DNA of 52,910 nt. Source: an uncultured Desulfobacterales bacterium (GTDB lineage Bacteria; Desulfobacterota; DSM-4660; Desulfatiglandales; HGW-15). This document shows, in pieces, positions 1 through 10,571 of the stretch. The notes beneath the pieces were generated by a model that did not search any database, was not told where the DNA came from, and saw nothing but the letters and a program-made list of their open reading frames with translations. The translations under genes and the position numbers were made by a program. The DNA is taken from positions 1 to 52,910 of the forward strand of contig CAZEIA010000003.1 of assembly GCA_964512335.1 (NCBI GenBank), in the 5' to 3' direction. Every line of letters begins with the position of its first letter. Position 1 is the stretch's first letter.

Positions 1-55
1 AACCTGCGACCCCCGGCTTGTAAGGCCGATGCTCTCCCAACTGAGCTACCCGCCC
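1..55 (-). tRNA. tRNA-Val (anticodon UAC), 5' 55 nt only; the 3' end lies outside the window
   Basis: Reverse complement of 1-55 reads GGGCGGGTAGCTCAGTTGGGAGAGCATCGGCCTTACAAGCCGGGGGTCGCAGGTT. It shows a 7-nt acceptor arm, a GCTC/GAGC D-stem, a TCGGC/GCCGG anticodon stem around loop CTTACAA (anticodon TAC), and the start of the T-arm. Confidence 0.9.
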
Positions 56-66
56 ATAAGCGAATA

Positions 67-95
67 ATTATGTGGCATAGCCCAAACCTTGTCAA
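67..95 (-). promoter_or_regulatory. sigma70-type promoter for the tRNA-Val gene
   Basis: The minus strand reads TTGACA (95-90), a 17-nt spacer, then CATAAT (72-67). This ends 11 nt upstream of tRNA position 1 (nt 55). Confidence 0.5.
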
Positions 96-101
96 TAGAT
101 A

Positions 102-2555
102 TTAATGGGCCGTCACCTCGGAAATGTCTTTTTCCGCGTTTGCATCCGCTTCTATGCAGTAAGGTTCGCACTCATCCGAGGGCTTGAAGAGTTCCTCCCC
201 CTCTTCGAAGACCAGGGCCTCTCGAAGAACCTGGTCCATATGCTCCACAGGAACCAGTTCCACTTTTTTGAGGACCCGCTTGGGGATCTCCTCAATGTCC
301 TTCTTGTTCTCCATGGGAATCAGGACCTTGGTCACATCTCCTCTGTGCGCGGCCAGAATCTTTTCCTTGAGCCCGCCGATGGGAAGCACCCGTCCGCGCA
401 GGGTGATCTCTCCGGTCATGGCCAGATCCCTTCGAACCGGTTTCCGGGTGAGGGCGGAGACCATTGAAGTGGCCAGGGCTATGCCTGCAGAAGGCCCGTC
501 CTTGGGGATTGCCCCTTCAGGGACGTGCACGTGAATATCGACCTTCTCATAGAACTTTTCCGGCAACCGCAGTTGTCGCGAACGGGACCGCACATAGCTG
601 AGGGCCGCACGGGCCGACTCCTGCATCACGTCTCCGAGCTTGCCGGTGAGCACGAGATTGCCCTTGCCGGGCATTATGGCCGCCTCTGTCTGAAGGAGTT
701 CCCCCCCCACATCAGTCCATGCAAGGCCGGTGGTCATACCGATCTCGTCCTTTTCCTCAGTGCGGCCGTGCCGGAACTTGGGCACACCCAAATACTTGGG
801 AATGGAACTCTGAACAATACGAACCTTTGTGTCCCTGCCTTTGCGGGCAACCTTCTTGGCCACCTTGCGACAGACGGAAGAAAGTTCTCTTTCCAGGTTT
901 CGCACGCCTGCCTCGCGCGTGTATTCACGGATCAGCTTCAGAATAGCGCTGTCTGAAAAGTTAATATTTTCATCTGTTAAACCGTTTTCCTTAACCTGTT
1001 TCTTTACCAAAAACTGCTTGGCGATGTTGAGCTTTTCCAGTTCGGTGTATCCGGGCAGCCGAATGATTTCCATACGATCCTGCAACGGCAACGGGATGTT
1101 GTACAGGTTGTTCGCGGTGGTAATGAACAGGATTTCAGAGAGATCATAGTCCAAGTCCAGGTAATGATCGTTAAAGGCAAAATTCTGCTCGGGATCCAGG
1201 ACTTCCAGCAGGGCCGCAGAGGGATCCCCGCGGAAGTCCGTGCTCATCTTGTCCACCTCGTCGAGGCAGAATACCGGGTTGTTGGACCGGGCCTTCTTGA
1301 GGTATTGAATGATCTTACCCGGAAGCGCTCCTATGTACGTCCTGCGATGTCCCCGAATCTCGGCCTCGTCCCGCACACCGCCGAGAGAAAGCCGAACAAA
1401 GTTCCTCGAGGTGGCACGGGCCACTGACTTGGCCAAGGATGTCTTTCCTACTCCCGGAGGCCCCACAAGACACAGGATAGGCCCCTTGAGCTTCTTGGTC
1501 AGGGTCTTGACCGCAAGGTATTCGAGAATTCGCTCCTTGGGTTTCTTGAGCCCGTAATGGTCCTCTTCCAGTATCAGCTCAGCCTGATTAATGTCGTTTT
1601 TATCTTTTGTCTTCTCCTGCCATGGCAGTCCCAAAATCCAATCAATGTAGTTACGGACAACTGTGGCTTCCGCGGACATAGGGGACATCATCTTGAGCTT
1701 TTTGAACTCTTGCCACACCCGGGCGTTGGCTTCCTTGGGAAGCCGTTTCTTCTTGATCTTTTTCTCAATTTCGTCGAGCTCGGCCTTGAAATCGTCCTTG
1801 GTGCCCATCTCTTTCTGGATCGCGCGCATCTGTTCGTTCAGATAGTAATCCTTCTGGGTCTTTTCCATCTGCTTTTTGACACGGCTCTTGAGGCGTTTTT
1901 CCAGGGAGATGATGTTGATCTCGTACCTGATCATCTCGTAGAGTTTTTCAAGGCGTGCGTCCGCATTCTCGATCTCCAGGAGCTGCTGCTTTTCGCTGAC
2001 CTTAAGGGAGAGATGAGCCGCAATACTGTCTGCAAGGCGCGAGGGATCATCGATCCCGGCCACGGTGTTCACGTGATCCTTGCTGAGTTTATCATTGAGT
2101 TTGACATACTCGTCAAAGCTATCCACCACGGTCCGCATAAGGGCGCTGGTCTGATCCGAGATCTCGTTCGATTCCTCGACACGCTCGACTTCAACTATAA
2201 AAAACTCATGACTGCTGACGAATTCCTGTACGCGGGCCCTCTCCTTCCCTTCAATGAGGGCCTTTACCGTACCGTCCGGAAGGCGCAGGAGCTGAAGAAC
2301 GGCCCCGAGGGTCCCACAAGGGTAAATGTCCTTCTGAGCCGGATCATCCACCTTGGCGTCCTTCTGGGCGGAAAGAAAGATAAGTTTTTCCCGGCTCATG
2401 GCGTGTTCCAGCGCCTTGATGGACTTCTCCCTTCCAACAAATAGAGGAACCACCATGTTCGGGAACACAACCACGTCCCTCAAGGGGAGCAGCGGGTAGT
2501 GCACTTTTTGTTCTTTAAAAACTTCCAATGGATTCTTCTTTGTCAGGTTGAACAT
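102..2555 (-). CDS. lon: ATP-dependent Lon protease (817 aa)
   Basis: Full-length ORF with Walker [10 protein letters not shown] and the protease-domain motif [10 protein letters not shown]. The N-terminal LON substrate-binding region begins [13 protein letters not shown]. Confidence 0.97.
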   Translation of the reverse strand: MFNLTKKNPLEVFKEQKVHYPLLPLRDVVVFPNMVVPLFVGREKSIKALEHAMSREKLIFLSAQKDAKVDDPAQKDIYPCGTLGAVLQLLRLPDGTVKALIEGKERARVQEFVSSHEFFIVEVERVEESNEISDQTSALMRTVVDSFDEYVKLNDKLSKDHVNTVAGIDDPSRLADSIAAHLSLKVSEKQQLLEIENADARLEKLYEMIRYEINIISLEKRLKSRVKKQMEKTQKDYYLNEQMRAIQKEMGTKDDFKAELDEIEKKIKKKRLPKEANARVWQEFKKLKMMSPMSAEATVVRNYIDWILGLPWQEKTKDKNDINQAELILEEDHYGLKKPKERILEYLAVKTLTKKLKGPILCLVGPPGVGKTSLAKSVARATSRNFVRLSLGGVRDEAEIRGHRRTYIGALPGKIIQYLKKARSNNPVFCLDEVDKMSTDFRGDPSAALLEVLDPEQNFAFNDHYLDLDYDLSEILFITTANNLYNIPLPLQDRMEIIRLPGYTELEKLNIAKQFLVKKQVKENGLTDENINFSDSAILKLIREYTREAGVRNLERELSSVCRKVAKKVARKGRDTKVRIVQSSIPKYLGVPKFRHGRTEEKDEIGMTTGLAWTDVGGELLQTEAAIMPGKGNLVLTGKLGDVMQESARAALSYVRSRSRQLRLPEKFYEKVDIHVHVPEGAIPKDGPSAGIALATSMVSALTRKPVRRDLAMTGEITLRGRVLPIGGLKEKILAAHRGDVTKVLIPMENKKDIEEIPKRVLKKVELVPVEHMDQVLREALVFEEGEELFKPSDECEPYCIEADANAEKDISEVTAH

Positions 2556-2575
2556 ATCACCTTCATGTCTTGGGG

Positions 2576-3826
2576 TTAGGCATAACCGGCCTGGTTTTCA
2601 TAGATGAGCAGGGGAGACTCCCCGCGCTCAATAACATCATCGTTAATCACGCACTCCCGAACGCCGGCCATGCTCGGAATTTCATACATGATATCAAGCA
2701 TGATCGTCTCGAGAATGGCCCGAAGCCCGCGGGCCCCGGATTTCCGCTTGATCGCATCATTGGCTACGGCAAGGAGCGCTTCATCAGTAAACTTGAGAAG
2801 CACGTTTTCCAGTTCAAAGAGCTTCATGTACTGCTTCACCAAGGCGTTTTTGGGTTCGGTGAGGATGCGTACCAGGGCGTCCCGGCTCAACTCGTCCAGG
2901 GACGCGATGATGGGGATGCGCCCTACAAACTCAGGGATCAGCCCGAACTTGATCATGTCTTCAGGCTGTACCAGGGTCCGCACCTTGTTGGCGTCCTCGT
3001 TCAGCCTGTCTTTGATGGCCGCTTCGAATCCCATGGTCTTGCTTCCGAGACGGTTGCTGATGATCTTTTCAAGGCCGTTGAAGGTCCCGCCGCAGATGAA
3101 AAGGATATTGCTAGTGTCCACTTTTACAAAATCCTGCTGCGGGTGTTTCCGACCTCCCTTGGGAGGCACGCTCGCCATGGTCCCCTCGATAATTTTCAGG
3201 AGGGCCTGCTGCACACCTTCGCCAGAGACGTCCCGCGTTATGGACGGACTGTCTGATTTGCGAGCGATCTTGTCTATCTCGTCGATATAAACAATCCCCC
3301 GGCAGGCGGCATCCACATCGTAGTCGGCCATCTGTACCAGGTTCAGGATTATGTTTTCCACATCCTCGCCGACGTAACCGGCCTCTGTAAGGGTTGTTGC
3401 GTCCGCAATGGTGAACGGGACCTTCAGGATCCGCGCAAGGGTCTGGGCCAGTAAGGTCTTACCCGATCCGGTAGGGCCGATCAGAAGAATATTGCTCTTT
3501 TGAAGCTCTACTCCGTCCATGTCCGCCCGGGTGTTGATCCGCTTGTAGTGATTGTGGACCGCCACCGAAAGTATCTTTTTGGGACGTTCCTGTTCGACCA
3601 CGTATTGGTCGAGCATCTCCTTGATCTCGTAAGGCTTGGGCAGCTTACCGTCCTCGTCCGCACCGGACTCCTGTCCGTATTCCTCGGCAATGATCTCATT
3701 GCAGAGTTGAATGCACTCGTCGCAGATGTAGACCGAAGGCCCCGCGATGAGTTTCTTCACCTCTTCCTGGCTCTTGCCGCAAAAGGAGCAGAGCAGGTCG
3801 TCGCTGGAGTCGTTTTTTCTCGGCAT
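2576..3826 (-). CDS. clpX: ATP-dependent Clp protease ATP-binding subunit ClpX
   Basis: N-terminal zinc finger CSFCGK...CDEC, Walker A GPTGSGKT, and an IGF-type loop region. It lies immediately downstream of clpP. Confidence 0.97.
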   Translation of the reverse strand: MPRKNDSSDDLLCSFCGKSQEEVKKLIAGPSVYICDECIQLCNEIIAEEYGQESGADEDGKLPKPYEIKEMLDQYVVEQERPKKILSVAVHNHYKRINTRADMDGVELQKSNILLIGPTGSGKTLLAQTLARILKVPFTIADATTLTEAGYVGEDVENIILNLVQMADYDVDAACRGIVYIDEIDKIARKSDSPSITRDVSGEGVQQALLKIIEGTMASVPPKGGRKHPQQDFVKVDTSNILFICGGTFNGLEKIISNRLGSKTMGFEAAIKDRLNEDANKVRTLVQPEDMIKFGLIPEFVGRIPIIASLDELSRDALVRILTEPKNALVKQYMKLFELENVLLKFTDEALLAVANDAIKRKSGARGLRAILETIMLDIMYEIPSMAGVRECVINDDVIERGESPLLIYENQAGYA

Positions 3827-3841
3827 AAATATATTCCTCTA

Positions 3842-4444
3842 TCAAGTTTCCAGGGAATCCCGGATCTCTCTGTGGGTAATCACCTTGTCCACAATTCCGT
3901 ACTTTTTTGATTCTTCCGCATCCATAAAGAAATCGCGCTCCGTATCTTTTTGGATCTGATCAAGGGACTGTCCGGTATGATGCGACAGCAGCCGGTTGAT
4001 GGTCTCCCGGATCTTGAGGATCTCACGCGCGTGAATGTCAATATCCGTGGCCTGCCCTTGAGCCCCTCCCATAGGTTGATGGATCAAGATCCTGGCACGG
4101 GGAAGGGAATACCGCTTTCCAGGGGCGCCGGCGGCCAGGAGCAGGGCTGCCATGCTTGCGCACTGCCCGATACAGATGGTCGTAACATCGGGCTTGATGT
4201 ACTGCATGGTGTCGTAAATCGCAAGGCCCGCGGTCACGGATCCGCCGGGAGAGTTGATGTACAGGTTGATATCCTTTTCCGGATCCTCGGACTCGAGGAA
4301 GAGCATCTGGGCTATGATAGTGTTGGCCATGTTGTCATGCACCTGCTCCCCGATAAATACGATCCGGTCCTTCAACAAGCGCGAGTAAATGTCATAGGCA
4401 CGTTCACCGCGGCTTGTCTGTTCTACTACAATTGGTATCAGCAT
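3842..4444 (-). CDS. clpP: ATP-dependent Clp protease proteolytic subunit ClpP
   Basis: 200-aa ORF starting [17 protein letters not shown], with the active-site serine context GQCASMAA and the IHQP histidine. Confidence 0.97.
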   Translation of the reverse strand: MLIPIVVEQTSRGERAYDIYSRLLKDRIVFIGEQVHDNMANTIIAQMLFLESEDPEKDINLYINSPGGSVTAGLAIYDTMQYIKPDVTTICIGQCASMAALLLAAGAPGKRYSLPRARILIHQPMGGAQGQATDIDIHAREILKIRETINRLLSHHTGQSLDQIQKDTERDFFMDAEESKKYGIVDKVITHREIRDSLET

Positions 4445-4518
4445 ATGTCTCTCTTTCTTCTATACCAAACGGTACGTCTGACCGGCTTGACCGATACGCC
4501 GCCAAATTCGTGTCATTA

Positions 4519-5835
4519 TCAAGACTCTATTTTGCTTATTTTGTCTGAATCAACTTCTATGATCTTAGAACTATTAATCAGGAAATTCAAGGTCTTTTCC
4601 TCCAGGAGCCGCTCACGGTACGAATCCATGAGGTTCTGGGTCTCATAGAAGCGCCGTATTATACCGGGATCCTGACCGGTTTCAGCGGCAAGGTTTAAGA
4701 ACCCGTTCGATACGTCCTCATCGGTGACGCTGAGGTCGTTCTGCCGGGCGATCTCAGCGAGCACCAGCATCCGCTTCACCCTGGATTCGGCTGCGGGAAG
4801 CAGTTCCTCGCGAAGCTTGTCCTCGTTCAGCCCGGCCTGGTCCACAGTCATTCCCGAACGGGACAGGTTCTGCATAATATTCTGGATCGCGCCGTTCAAC
4901 TCCTGCTCCACGAGGGATTCGGGAAGCGCGAAGTCCACCGTGTCACAGATTTGTCTTGTCAACCGGGTTCTCGCTTCCATGTCGATACGCTTCTCTTCCC
5001 TCTTGGTGAGTTCCTTTCGAACCTCTTCCTTCAAGTCCTCGAAAGTCTCTACGTTGCCGCCGAGCCCCTTGGCGAATTCATCATCCAGCCCGGGGAGCTC
5101 CATTTCCTTGATGTCCTTGAGTTCAATTTGGAAATCGATGCCCTTACCCGCGAGATTCTTATCGCGGTAGTCCTCTTCGAAGTTCACGCGAACCGAGGCG
5201 GGCTCTCCCTTCCTGACGCCGATGATTTGCCTTTCAAACTCCGGGTGGAAATCGCCGGAGCCCACCCTGAGCATGTGATCGTCGGCCTTCAGGCCTTCAA
5301 CGGGTGTACCGTTCTCCACCCCCCTGAAGCTGAACTCGACATGGTCTCCTTCAATGACTCCACGATCTTCCTCAACAGGCCGGAGTTGACCGCGGGCACG
5401 GCGGATCTCCTCGATCTGCCTGTCCACCTCTTCCTGCCCCACGGAAAGGATCTCCTTTTCCACCTCGAGGCCCTTGTAGTCATTCAATTCGAATGTCGGA
5501 CGAACTTCCATTATTGCCGTGTACCTGAACGGCTCGCCCTTCTTGGGCAAGTCGTTCTCGAGGCTCGGCATGTTCAGTGGAAAGGTGTCGTTTTCCTCCA
5601 GGGCCTTTGGAAGCGTATCGTTGATGAGGTCTCTGGTCACGTCATTCAAGACTTCCCTGCCGAACCGCCCTTCTAGGACCTTCATGGGAATCTTTCCGGG
5701 ACGGAACCCGGGCAGACGTGCCTGTTTACCTAGGTCTAGGTAGGCCTTGTTTATCTTGCGCTCAACTTCATCGGCCTCAATTTCCACAATGAGCTTCTTC
5801 TTTACAGGGCTTATCTCTTCTATGCTGCTCTTCAT
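4519..5835 (-). CDS. tig: trigger factor (peptidyl-prolyl isomerase chaperone)
   Basis: 438 aa with the ribosome-binding signature GFRPGKIP near the N-terminus and an FKBP-like middle domain. It sits in the classical tig-clpP-clpX-lon order. Confidence 0.95.
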   Translation of the reverse strand: MKSSIEEISPVKKKLIVEIEADEVERKINKAYLDLGKQARLPGFRPGKIPMKVLEGRFGREVLNDVTRDLINDTLPKALEENDTFPLNMPSLENDLPKKGEPFRYTAIMEVRPTFELNDYKGLEVEKEILSVGQEEVDRQIEEIRRARGQLRPVEEDRGVIEGDHVEFSFRGVENGTPVEGLKADDHMLRVGSGDFHPEFERQIIGVRKGEPASVRVNFEEDYRDKNLAGKGIDFQIELKDIKEMELPGLDDEFAKGLGGNVETFEDLKEEVRKELTKREEKRIDMEARTRLTRQICDTVDFALPESLVEQELNGAIQNIMQNLSRSGMTVDQAGLNEDKLREELLPAAESRVKRMLVLAEIARQNDLSVTDEDVSNGFLNLAAETGQDPGIIRRFYETQNLMDSYRERLLEEKTLNFLINSSKIIEVDSDKISKIES

Positions 5836-6067
5836 GAGAACCTTTCCAAAGTATCCGGGGACAGGGGATTAAAACAAAGATTAAGCACGATCAACGGTTG
5901 TTCAAGCAAAATTGTTGTACCTACAGGAACAGAGTAACGGGTGTCAACCGGTTTGTATGTGTTCATACCATAGCGCCCGTCTTTCTCCGCGGTGCTTGCG
6001 ACCCCTTGGGGTGGATAAAAGCACAAACCATGCCACAAACAAGGGAAGGCTTGGCTTCAAAGATTGA

Positions 6068-6364
6068 TCACTCTTTATTCCGCTTTTTCACCAACTCGAT
6101 GAACTCCTCGAGTTCTTTTTCCGAACCGAACACTTCACTGTACTGGCGCTCGCTCCATACTGAGAGTCCGAGTTCAAAAATGTGGTGAATCAGCCGATCC
6201 GCATTCTCAGCACCCTGGAGCTGTACAGTCTGGTACAGCAGTTCGTTGGGAACCCTGATGGGGTATACGGAAGTGGAGGATGTCTTCAGGGGCTTTATAT
6301 AATCCTGAATATCCTTCAGAATCCTCAAGTTTATATATTTTTTTTTGTACTCTTCCTCGTTCAT
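6068..6364 (-). CDS. hypothetical small protein (98 aa)
   Basis: ORF preceded by the SD-like GAAGGGA 7 nt upstream of the ATG. The charged, helical-looking sequence contains no motif I recognise. Confidence 0.45.
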   Translation of the reverse strand: MNEEEYKKKYINLRILKDIQDYIKPLKTSSTSVYPIRVPNELLYQTVQLQGAENADRLIHHIFELGLSVWSERQYSEVFGSEKELEEFIELVKKRNKE

Positions 6365-6469
6365 GTTGAATCCCTTCGCTCCTTATGACATGTATAGAGT
6401 CTGAAGAGGTCTCCGTCAACCATAAGAAGCCCCGCAGGCGTGCGAGGGCTGAGCCGTAGGAAAACGCCC

Positions 6470-6835
6470 ATGCCCATCTACGAATACCAGGCCGAGCATG
6501 CTGAATCCTCGTGTCACCACTGCCGCAGCCCTTTCGAGGTGCTTCAGGGGCTCAGAGACGCTCCTCTCGCGTTCTGCCCCGAATGCGGTAACCCCTTAAA
6601 AAAACTGATCTCCTGGTGCCGTGCCGCAGTCATGGAGACACCCGGCGAGATTGCCGGCACCGAGAACCGAATCCGCTCGTACGAAAAGGAAGGGATGTGG
6701 AGCCACGCCGCCGAGTTGGCGGACAAGCAGGCGGAAAAGATCAAAGATCCCGACCTCAAGACCAGGGCCCTGGAAAACTACGAAAAGGCCGGTTACGATG
6801 CGGGAACCCTGTCTCGCTACGACCAGGGCGACTGA
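6470..6835 (+). CDS. FmdB-family zinc-ribbon regulatory protein with a C-terminal extension
   Basis: Starts MPIYEYQ, typical of the family, and has paired CxxC motifs (CHHC ... CPEC). The track ORF starts at 6440; the internal ATG at 6470 gives the canonical N-terminus. Confidence 0.7.
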   Translation: MPIYEYQAEHAESSCHHCRSPFEVLQGLRDAPLAFCPECGNPLKKLISWCRAAVMETPGEIAGTENRIRSYEKEGMWSHAAELADKQAEKIKDPDLKTRALENYEKAGYDAGTLSRYDQGD

Positions 6836-7053
6836 GTGTCGCGTTTAATTGCGGGTCGTCGCCCCATGCCGCGGGACCCAGGCACGGCTCTCTCTATCCC
6901 TCTTGACTTGCCCGGTTTTCGGCAAGTATGGTACGGTGCTTGACGCGGCAAGAGACGAATCCTGGGGCTTGCGCATATGAAAGCCTCCGCGTTCCCTTCC
7001 CGGATAGAACCGGGAATGCGCAGGCGCGGCTTTTTCAATGGAGGAACACCAGT

Positions 7054-7728
7054 TTGATCGATCTGTTTGTCAGGGGCGGTGTGTTCATGTACCCCATCCT
7101 GCTCTGCTCCGTCATTGCCCTGGCGATCTTTCTGGAACGTCTCTGGGTAATGAGACGCAGCCAGGTCCTGCCTGAAGAGTTCATTCGAAACGTCGAAGCC
7201 TTGCTGCGACAGCAAAAAGTCGCTGAAGCACTCTACCTTTGCCAGGGACACACATCGTCCATCGCCCGGGTCTTCGTTGGGGGACTCAAGAATACCGGCC
7301 GGGGTATGTGGCTCGTTAAGGAAGGGATCGAGGAGATGGGCGGCCGGGAAGCAGTCGTTCTCGAAAAGCACGTGGGCGTCCTGGCCACCATCGCCAACCT
7401 CACCCCGCTCCTCGGGCTGCTGGGCACGGTTTCCGGCATGATCAAGACCTTCAACGTCATCTCCATCCAAGGTGTCGGAAATCCAGCTCCGCTTGCCGGA
7501 GGTATCGCCGAGGCGCTCGTCACCACCGCCTCGGGGCTCTGTGTGGCCATTCCTACGCTGGTCTGCTACCGTATCCTCAAAGACCGAACCGAGAACCTTG
7601 TTTTCGAGATGGAGGAACACTCCATGGAGATTATAGAGATCCTGGAAGAGGCAAGCGACGGGAGCGTTGAAAACAGCTCAAACGGCCGCCGGGGGACGAA
7701 AGCCGGAGCGTCCTCCAAGAAAGGCTGA
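7054..7728 (+). CDS. MotA/TolQ/ExbB-family proton-channel protein
   Basis: Three predicted TM segments and the LGLLGTVSGMIKTF signature. The most plausible start is TTG 7054, with GGAGGA about 8 nt upstream. The upstream part of the 6928 ORF is not family-like. Confidence 0.85.
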   Translation: MIDLFVRGGVFMYPILLCSVIALAIFLERLWVMRRSQVLPEEFIRNVEALLRQQKVAEALYLCQGHTSSIARVFVGGLKNTGRGMWLVKEGIEEMGGREAVVLEKHVGVLATIANLTPLLGLLGTVSGMIKTFNVISIQGVGNPAPLAGGIAEALVTTASGLCVAIPTLVCYRILKDRTENLVFEMEEHSMEIIEILEEASDGSVENSSNGRRGTKAGASSKKG

Positions 7729-7746
7729 TCAGGACGGAGGAATGTC

Positions 7747-8166
7747 ATGCGATTCAGCCGGAGTCGAAGAGAGGAGGAACCTCGACTGGGGATCGCCCCG
7801 CTGATCGATATCGTATTTCTTCTTCTGATCTTTTTTATGGTCACATCCCACTTCGACCTGGCCTCCGGTGTCAGATTGCAGCTTCCCGAGATGGCAAGCC
7901 GCCTGTCCCAAGAGCCGCGCAGGGAAGCCACGGTCGTCATCGACACGGACGGGAACACTTACCTGGAGGGAGAACCGGTCGAAAAAAATATGTTGGAGGG
8001 GCGGTTTCGAAAGCGTGTGCAGGACGACGGACTCGAACGTATAATACTCCAGGCCGACAAGAATACCCGCCACGGGGCTGTGCTTGGAATTATCGACCTG
8101 GCAAGGGCTGCAGGAGTCCGCTCAGTGATTATCGCTGCACGATGGAAACCGGAGCAGGGCCTTTGA
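7747..8166 (+). CDS. ExbD/TolR-family biopolymer transport protein
   Basis: 139 aa with the N-terminal motif APLIDIVFLLLIFFMV and an SD GGAGGA upstream. It follows the TolQ-like gene after 18 nt. Confidence 0.85.
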   Translation: MRFSRSRREEEPRLGIAPLIDIVFLLLIFFMVTSHFDLASGVRLQLPEMASRLSQEPRREATVVIDTDGNTYLEGEPVEKNMLEGRFRKRVQDDGLERIILQADKNTRHGAVLGIIDLARAAGVRSVIIAARWKPEQGL

Positions 8167-8251
8167 GCGACTCCGATACAATCTTAACGTCCAGTCGGGA
8201 ACGGGACGGAGAGTGGACTAAGCCTTCCCCTCGGGTATCGAGAAGCGCTCT

Positions 8252-8644
8252 ATGGAACTGAACAAAAAGGAAATCATCAGGCTTTCGGTTTTTGTGTTTT
8301 TCGTCCTGATCATTGCCTGGCTGGCCTTTGGCGAACGCGGGCTTATCCACTTGTACAAAATGGAAGGCCAGAGGCAGCAATACAGGAAACGTATTCAGGA
8401 GCTGGAAAAGAAAAACCATGAACTACTTCGCGAAATCGAGAGCCTGCGAACCGACGAGGGTTATATCGAGTCCGTGGCACGCCAGGAGCTGAACCTCCTG
8501 AAGGACAACGAGGTCCAGTTTCATTTTACGCAGGAATCTCGAACCGGCGTCACGACCGGAGCGCCTTTGTCCAGGGGCCGGCGGTCCGGTCCTGACATAA
8601 GCGGTGAAACGGAGCCGAAGGTACTTGGGACCGCATCGGACTGA
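8252..8644 (+). CDS. ftsB: septum formation initiator FtsB/DivIC-family protein
   Basis: N-terminal TM helix, a coiled coil (QELEKKNHELLREIESLRTD), and then the family motif YIESVARQELNLLKDNE. Confidence 0.7.
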   Translation: MELNKKEIIRLSVFVFFVLIIAWLAFGERGLIHLYKMEGQRQQYRKRIQELEKKNHELLREIESLRTDEGYIESVARQELNLLKDNEVQFHFTQESRTGVTTGAPLSRGRRSGPDISGETEPKVLGTASD

Positions 8645-8664
8645 TAATCACCAAACAGGGGAGA

Positions 8665-9471
8665 ATGCACATGGACGACCTTGAGCGGGTTCTCAAAGAC
8701 ATCCTGGAGAGCGATGCTTCGCCCGATACCATTCACTTGGTCCTGTCCAAGCTCATTACAGAAGGACCTGCAGGGCTCGTGATCCGGCATTGCCGAAAGG
8801 CCCTGGAAATACATCCGGCCCATGACGGACTCCGCACACTCCTTGCCGAAGCCTACCTTGAAAGCGGACTAACGGCCAAGGCATCGGATGAACTGGAGCG
8901 CGTGACCCGAAGCCTGGATGAATCTGCGAGGGCCTATGTCCTGCTTGCGGGCGCCTATCAACGTCAGGGACGGCACCATGAGGCGGCGGGCTGCCTTGAC
9001 ATTTACCTGGCCCATAACCCCGCTGATTCAGCGGCCCGTGAATCCCTGGAAAGACTTCGTCCACCTGCCCTCGAAACCGGCCGTGAACCGCTCGAGGACC
9101 GGGATATGGAGAGACCCGATTATCAGTCGGACGAACCAATTCCTGAAATCGCAACGTCCACACTCGCCGAGCTCTATTTCAGCCAGGGCCAGATTGATGC
9201 CGCCATCGAGACCTATGAAAAAGTCCTGGCCCGGTCACCCGGCGATTCAAGGGCGATGGCCCGTCTTAACGAATTAAAGGCCTTGACCGAGGGCTTTCCC
9301 GACCATGCTCCAGGCTATGAATTGCAGATGGAAGCCGCCCCCGCGGAGGACGAACTCCGTGAAGAAGCCCCGGCCTTGGACTCGGAAAAACGGAAAACCG
9401 AAAAAATGATCGCCTTGCTCGAAGGCTGGCTTACACGTATTCAGGAACCAAGGACGAATTCGTCCGTCTGA
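8665..9471 (+). CDS. TPR-repeat protein
   Basis: Repeated A/L/Y-rich 34-residue helical units (e.g. AYVLLAGAYQRQGRHHEAAGCLDIYLAHNP and LAELYFSQGQIDAAIETYEKVLARSP). ATG 8671 is an equally plausible start. Confidence 0.65.
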   Translation: MHMDDLERVLKDILESDASPDTIHLVLSKLITEGPAGLVIRHCRKALEIHPAHDGLRTLLAEAYLESGLTAKASDELERVTRSLDESARAYVLLAGAYQRQGRHHEAAGCLDIYLAHNPADSAARESLERLRPPALETGREPLEDRDMERPDYQSDEPIPEIATSTLAELYFSQGQIDAAIETYEKVLARSPGDSRAMARLNELKALTEGFPDHAPGYELQMEAAPAEDELREEAPALDSEKRKTEKMIALLEGWLTRIQEPRTNSSV

Positions 9472-9476
9472 GGGGG

Positions 9477-10514
9477 ATGAGTCCTTTGAAATTCAAGTTT
9501 GCTGCCACCGGCGTGGGCAGTGTGCCCTGGGTAAACGTGGAACACTCCTGCCGACTGATCCTGGAACAGCTTCCGGAAATGCCTTTCTGGCCTCAGTTTG
9601 TGAATCTCTCACCCTTGGAAGATATGACCCTGCAGTTCAGCGAAGGGCTGCCCGGGATTCGGACTAAAAACAACCATGCTAAGCCTTTTGTAGCCACGGA
9701 AGCGCTGGAAGAAAACATGGCCCTGTTTTACGAAAAGTTTCTGGCCGAAGATCTGGACGCGTTTGCTATCGGCCCTGACCGTGCCCGCGGCCTTTATGCA
9801 CTCCTGGACTTGATCGAAAAGAATCCGCCTTCCCGGAACGGCTTTATCAAGGGGCAAAGCACAGGCCCCATCACCTTTGCCTCCTCGATTTCCCTGGAGG
9901 ACGGCCGGTCTCTTCTCCATGACCCCGGCCTCCTGGATGCGGTCATCAAAGGCCTGTCCATAAAGCTCCTGTGGCAGGCCAAGGTCTTGGGCGGAACCGG
10001 TAGAAGACCAATTCTCTTCATCGACGAGCCGGCTCTCTCCGGCATCGGCTCTGCGTTCTCATCAATGAACCGAGGGGTTGTCGTCCAGGCGCTCAGGGAA
10101 ATGATCCAATACTGTAAAGACAGGTCCGATGCGCTCATCGGTGTTCACTGCTGCGCCAACACGGACTGGCCGATGATCTTTGAGTCCCGCCCGGATATTA
10201 TCAACTTCGATGCTTACGGCTTCATGGATTCTTTCCTTCTTTACCCCGAGGAGGCGACGCGTTTTATCGAAGAGGGAGGAACCATCGCCTGGGGCATCGT
10301 GCCCACAATGGCTTTTGATACGGAAACCACTGCGGCTTCCCTGCATGGGCGTTTGGAGCGCGGCCTTCGGCAACTGGCCGCCCAGGGCGTTAACGAGAAT
10401 GACCTTCGAGCCCGATCCATGCTAACATCCTCCTGCGGCATGGGAACCATGACCGAAGAATCCGCCGAACGATTACTTCGAGTTCTCTCGGAACTTGGTA
10501 GACGAATGCACTGA
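9477..10514 (+). CDS. UROD/MetE-like (cobalamin-independent methionine synthase-like) superfamily protein
   Basis: 345 aa. The overall pattern and the GVHCCANTDW segment resemble the zinc-binding barrel of the MetE/UROD superfamily. This is a weak call made by eye. Confidence 0.4.
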   Translation: MSPLKFKFAATGVGSVPWVNVEHSCRLILEQLPEMPFWPQFVNLSPLEDMTLQFSEGLPGIRTKNNHAKPFVATEALEENMALFYEKFLAEDLDAFAIGPDRARGLYALLDLIEKNPPSRNGFIKGQSTGPITFASSISLEDGRSLLHDPGLLDAVIKGLSIKLLWQAKVLGGTGRRPILFIDEPALSGIGSAFSSMNRGVVVQALREMIQYCKDRSDALIGVHCCANTDWPMIFESRPDIINFDAYGFMDSFLLYPEEATRFIEEGGTIAWGIVPTMAFDTETTAASLHGRLERGLRQLAAQGVNENDLRARSMLTSSCGMGTMTEESAERLLRVLSELGRRMH

Positions 10515-10571
10515 ACAACGGAGGACCGGCGGCCCTGTCTCCCCAGCCTGATCCGCCGGCACTTATGTGAT

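Noticed and set aside
1557-2444. 295-aa plus-strand ORF antisense to lon, with the shorter 105-1427 plus-strand ORFs
   Set aside because: They fall inside the unambiguous Lon frame and their low-complexity Leu/Phe/Val-rich translations lack motifs.
6002-6011. Perfect palindrome CCCCTTGGGG downstream of the 98-aa ORF
   Set aside because: It has no loop, so it cannot form a terminator hairpin, and there is no U-tract. It may be a chance palindrome or a restriction-type site.
6928-7053. Upstream 42-codon extension of the TolQ-like ORF
   Set aside because: The translation MVRCLTRQETNPGACAYESL... is not family-like. TTG 7054 with GGAGGA upstream yields the typical N-terminus.
6817-7620. 267-aa minus-strand ORF overlapping the TolQ-like gene
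   Set aside because: It is antisense to a gene with clear family motifs. The translation is Gly/Asp/Arg/Pro-rich and not protein-like.
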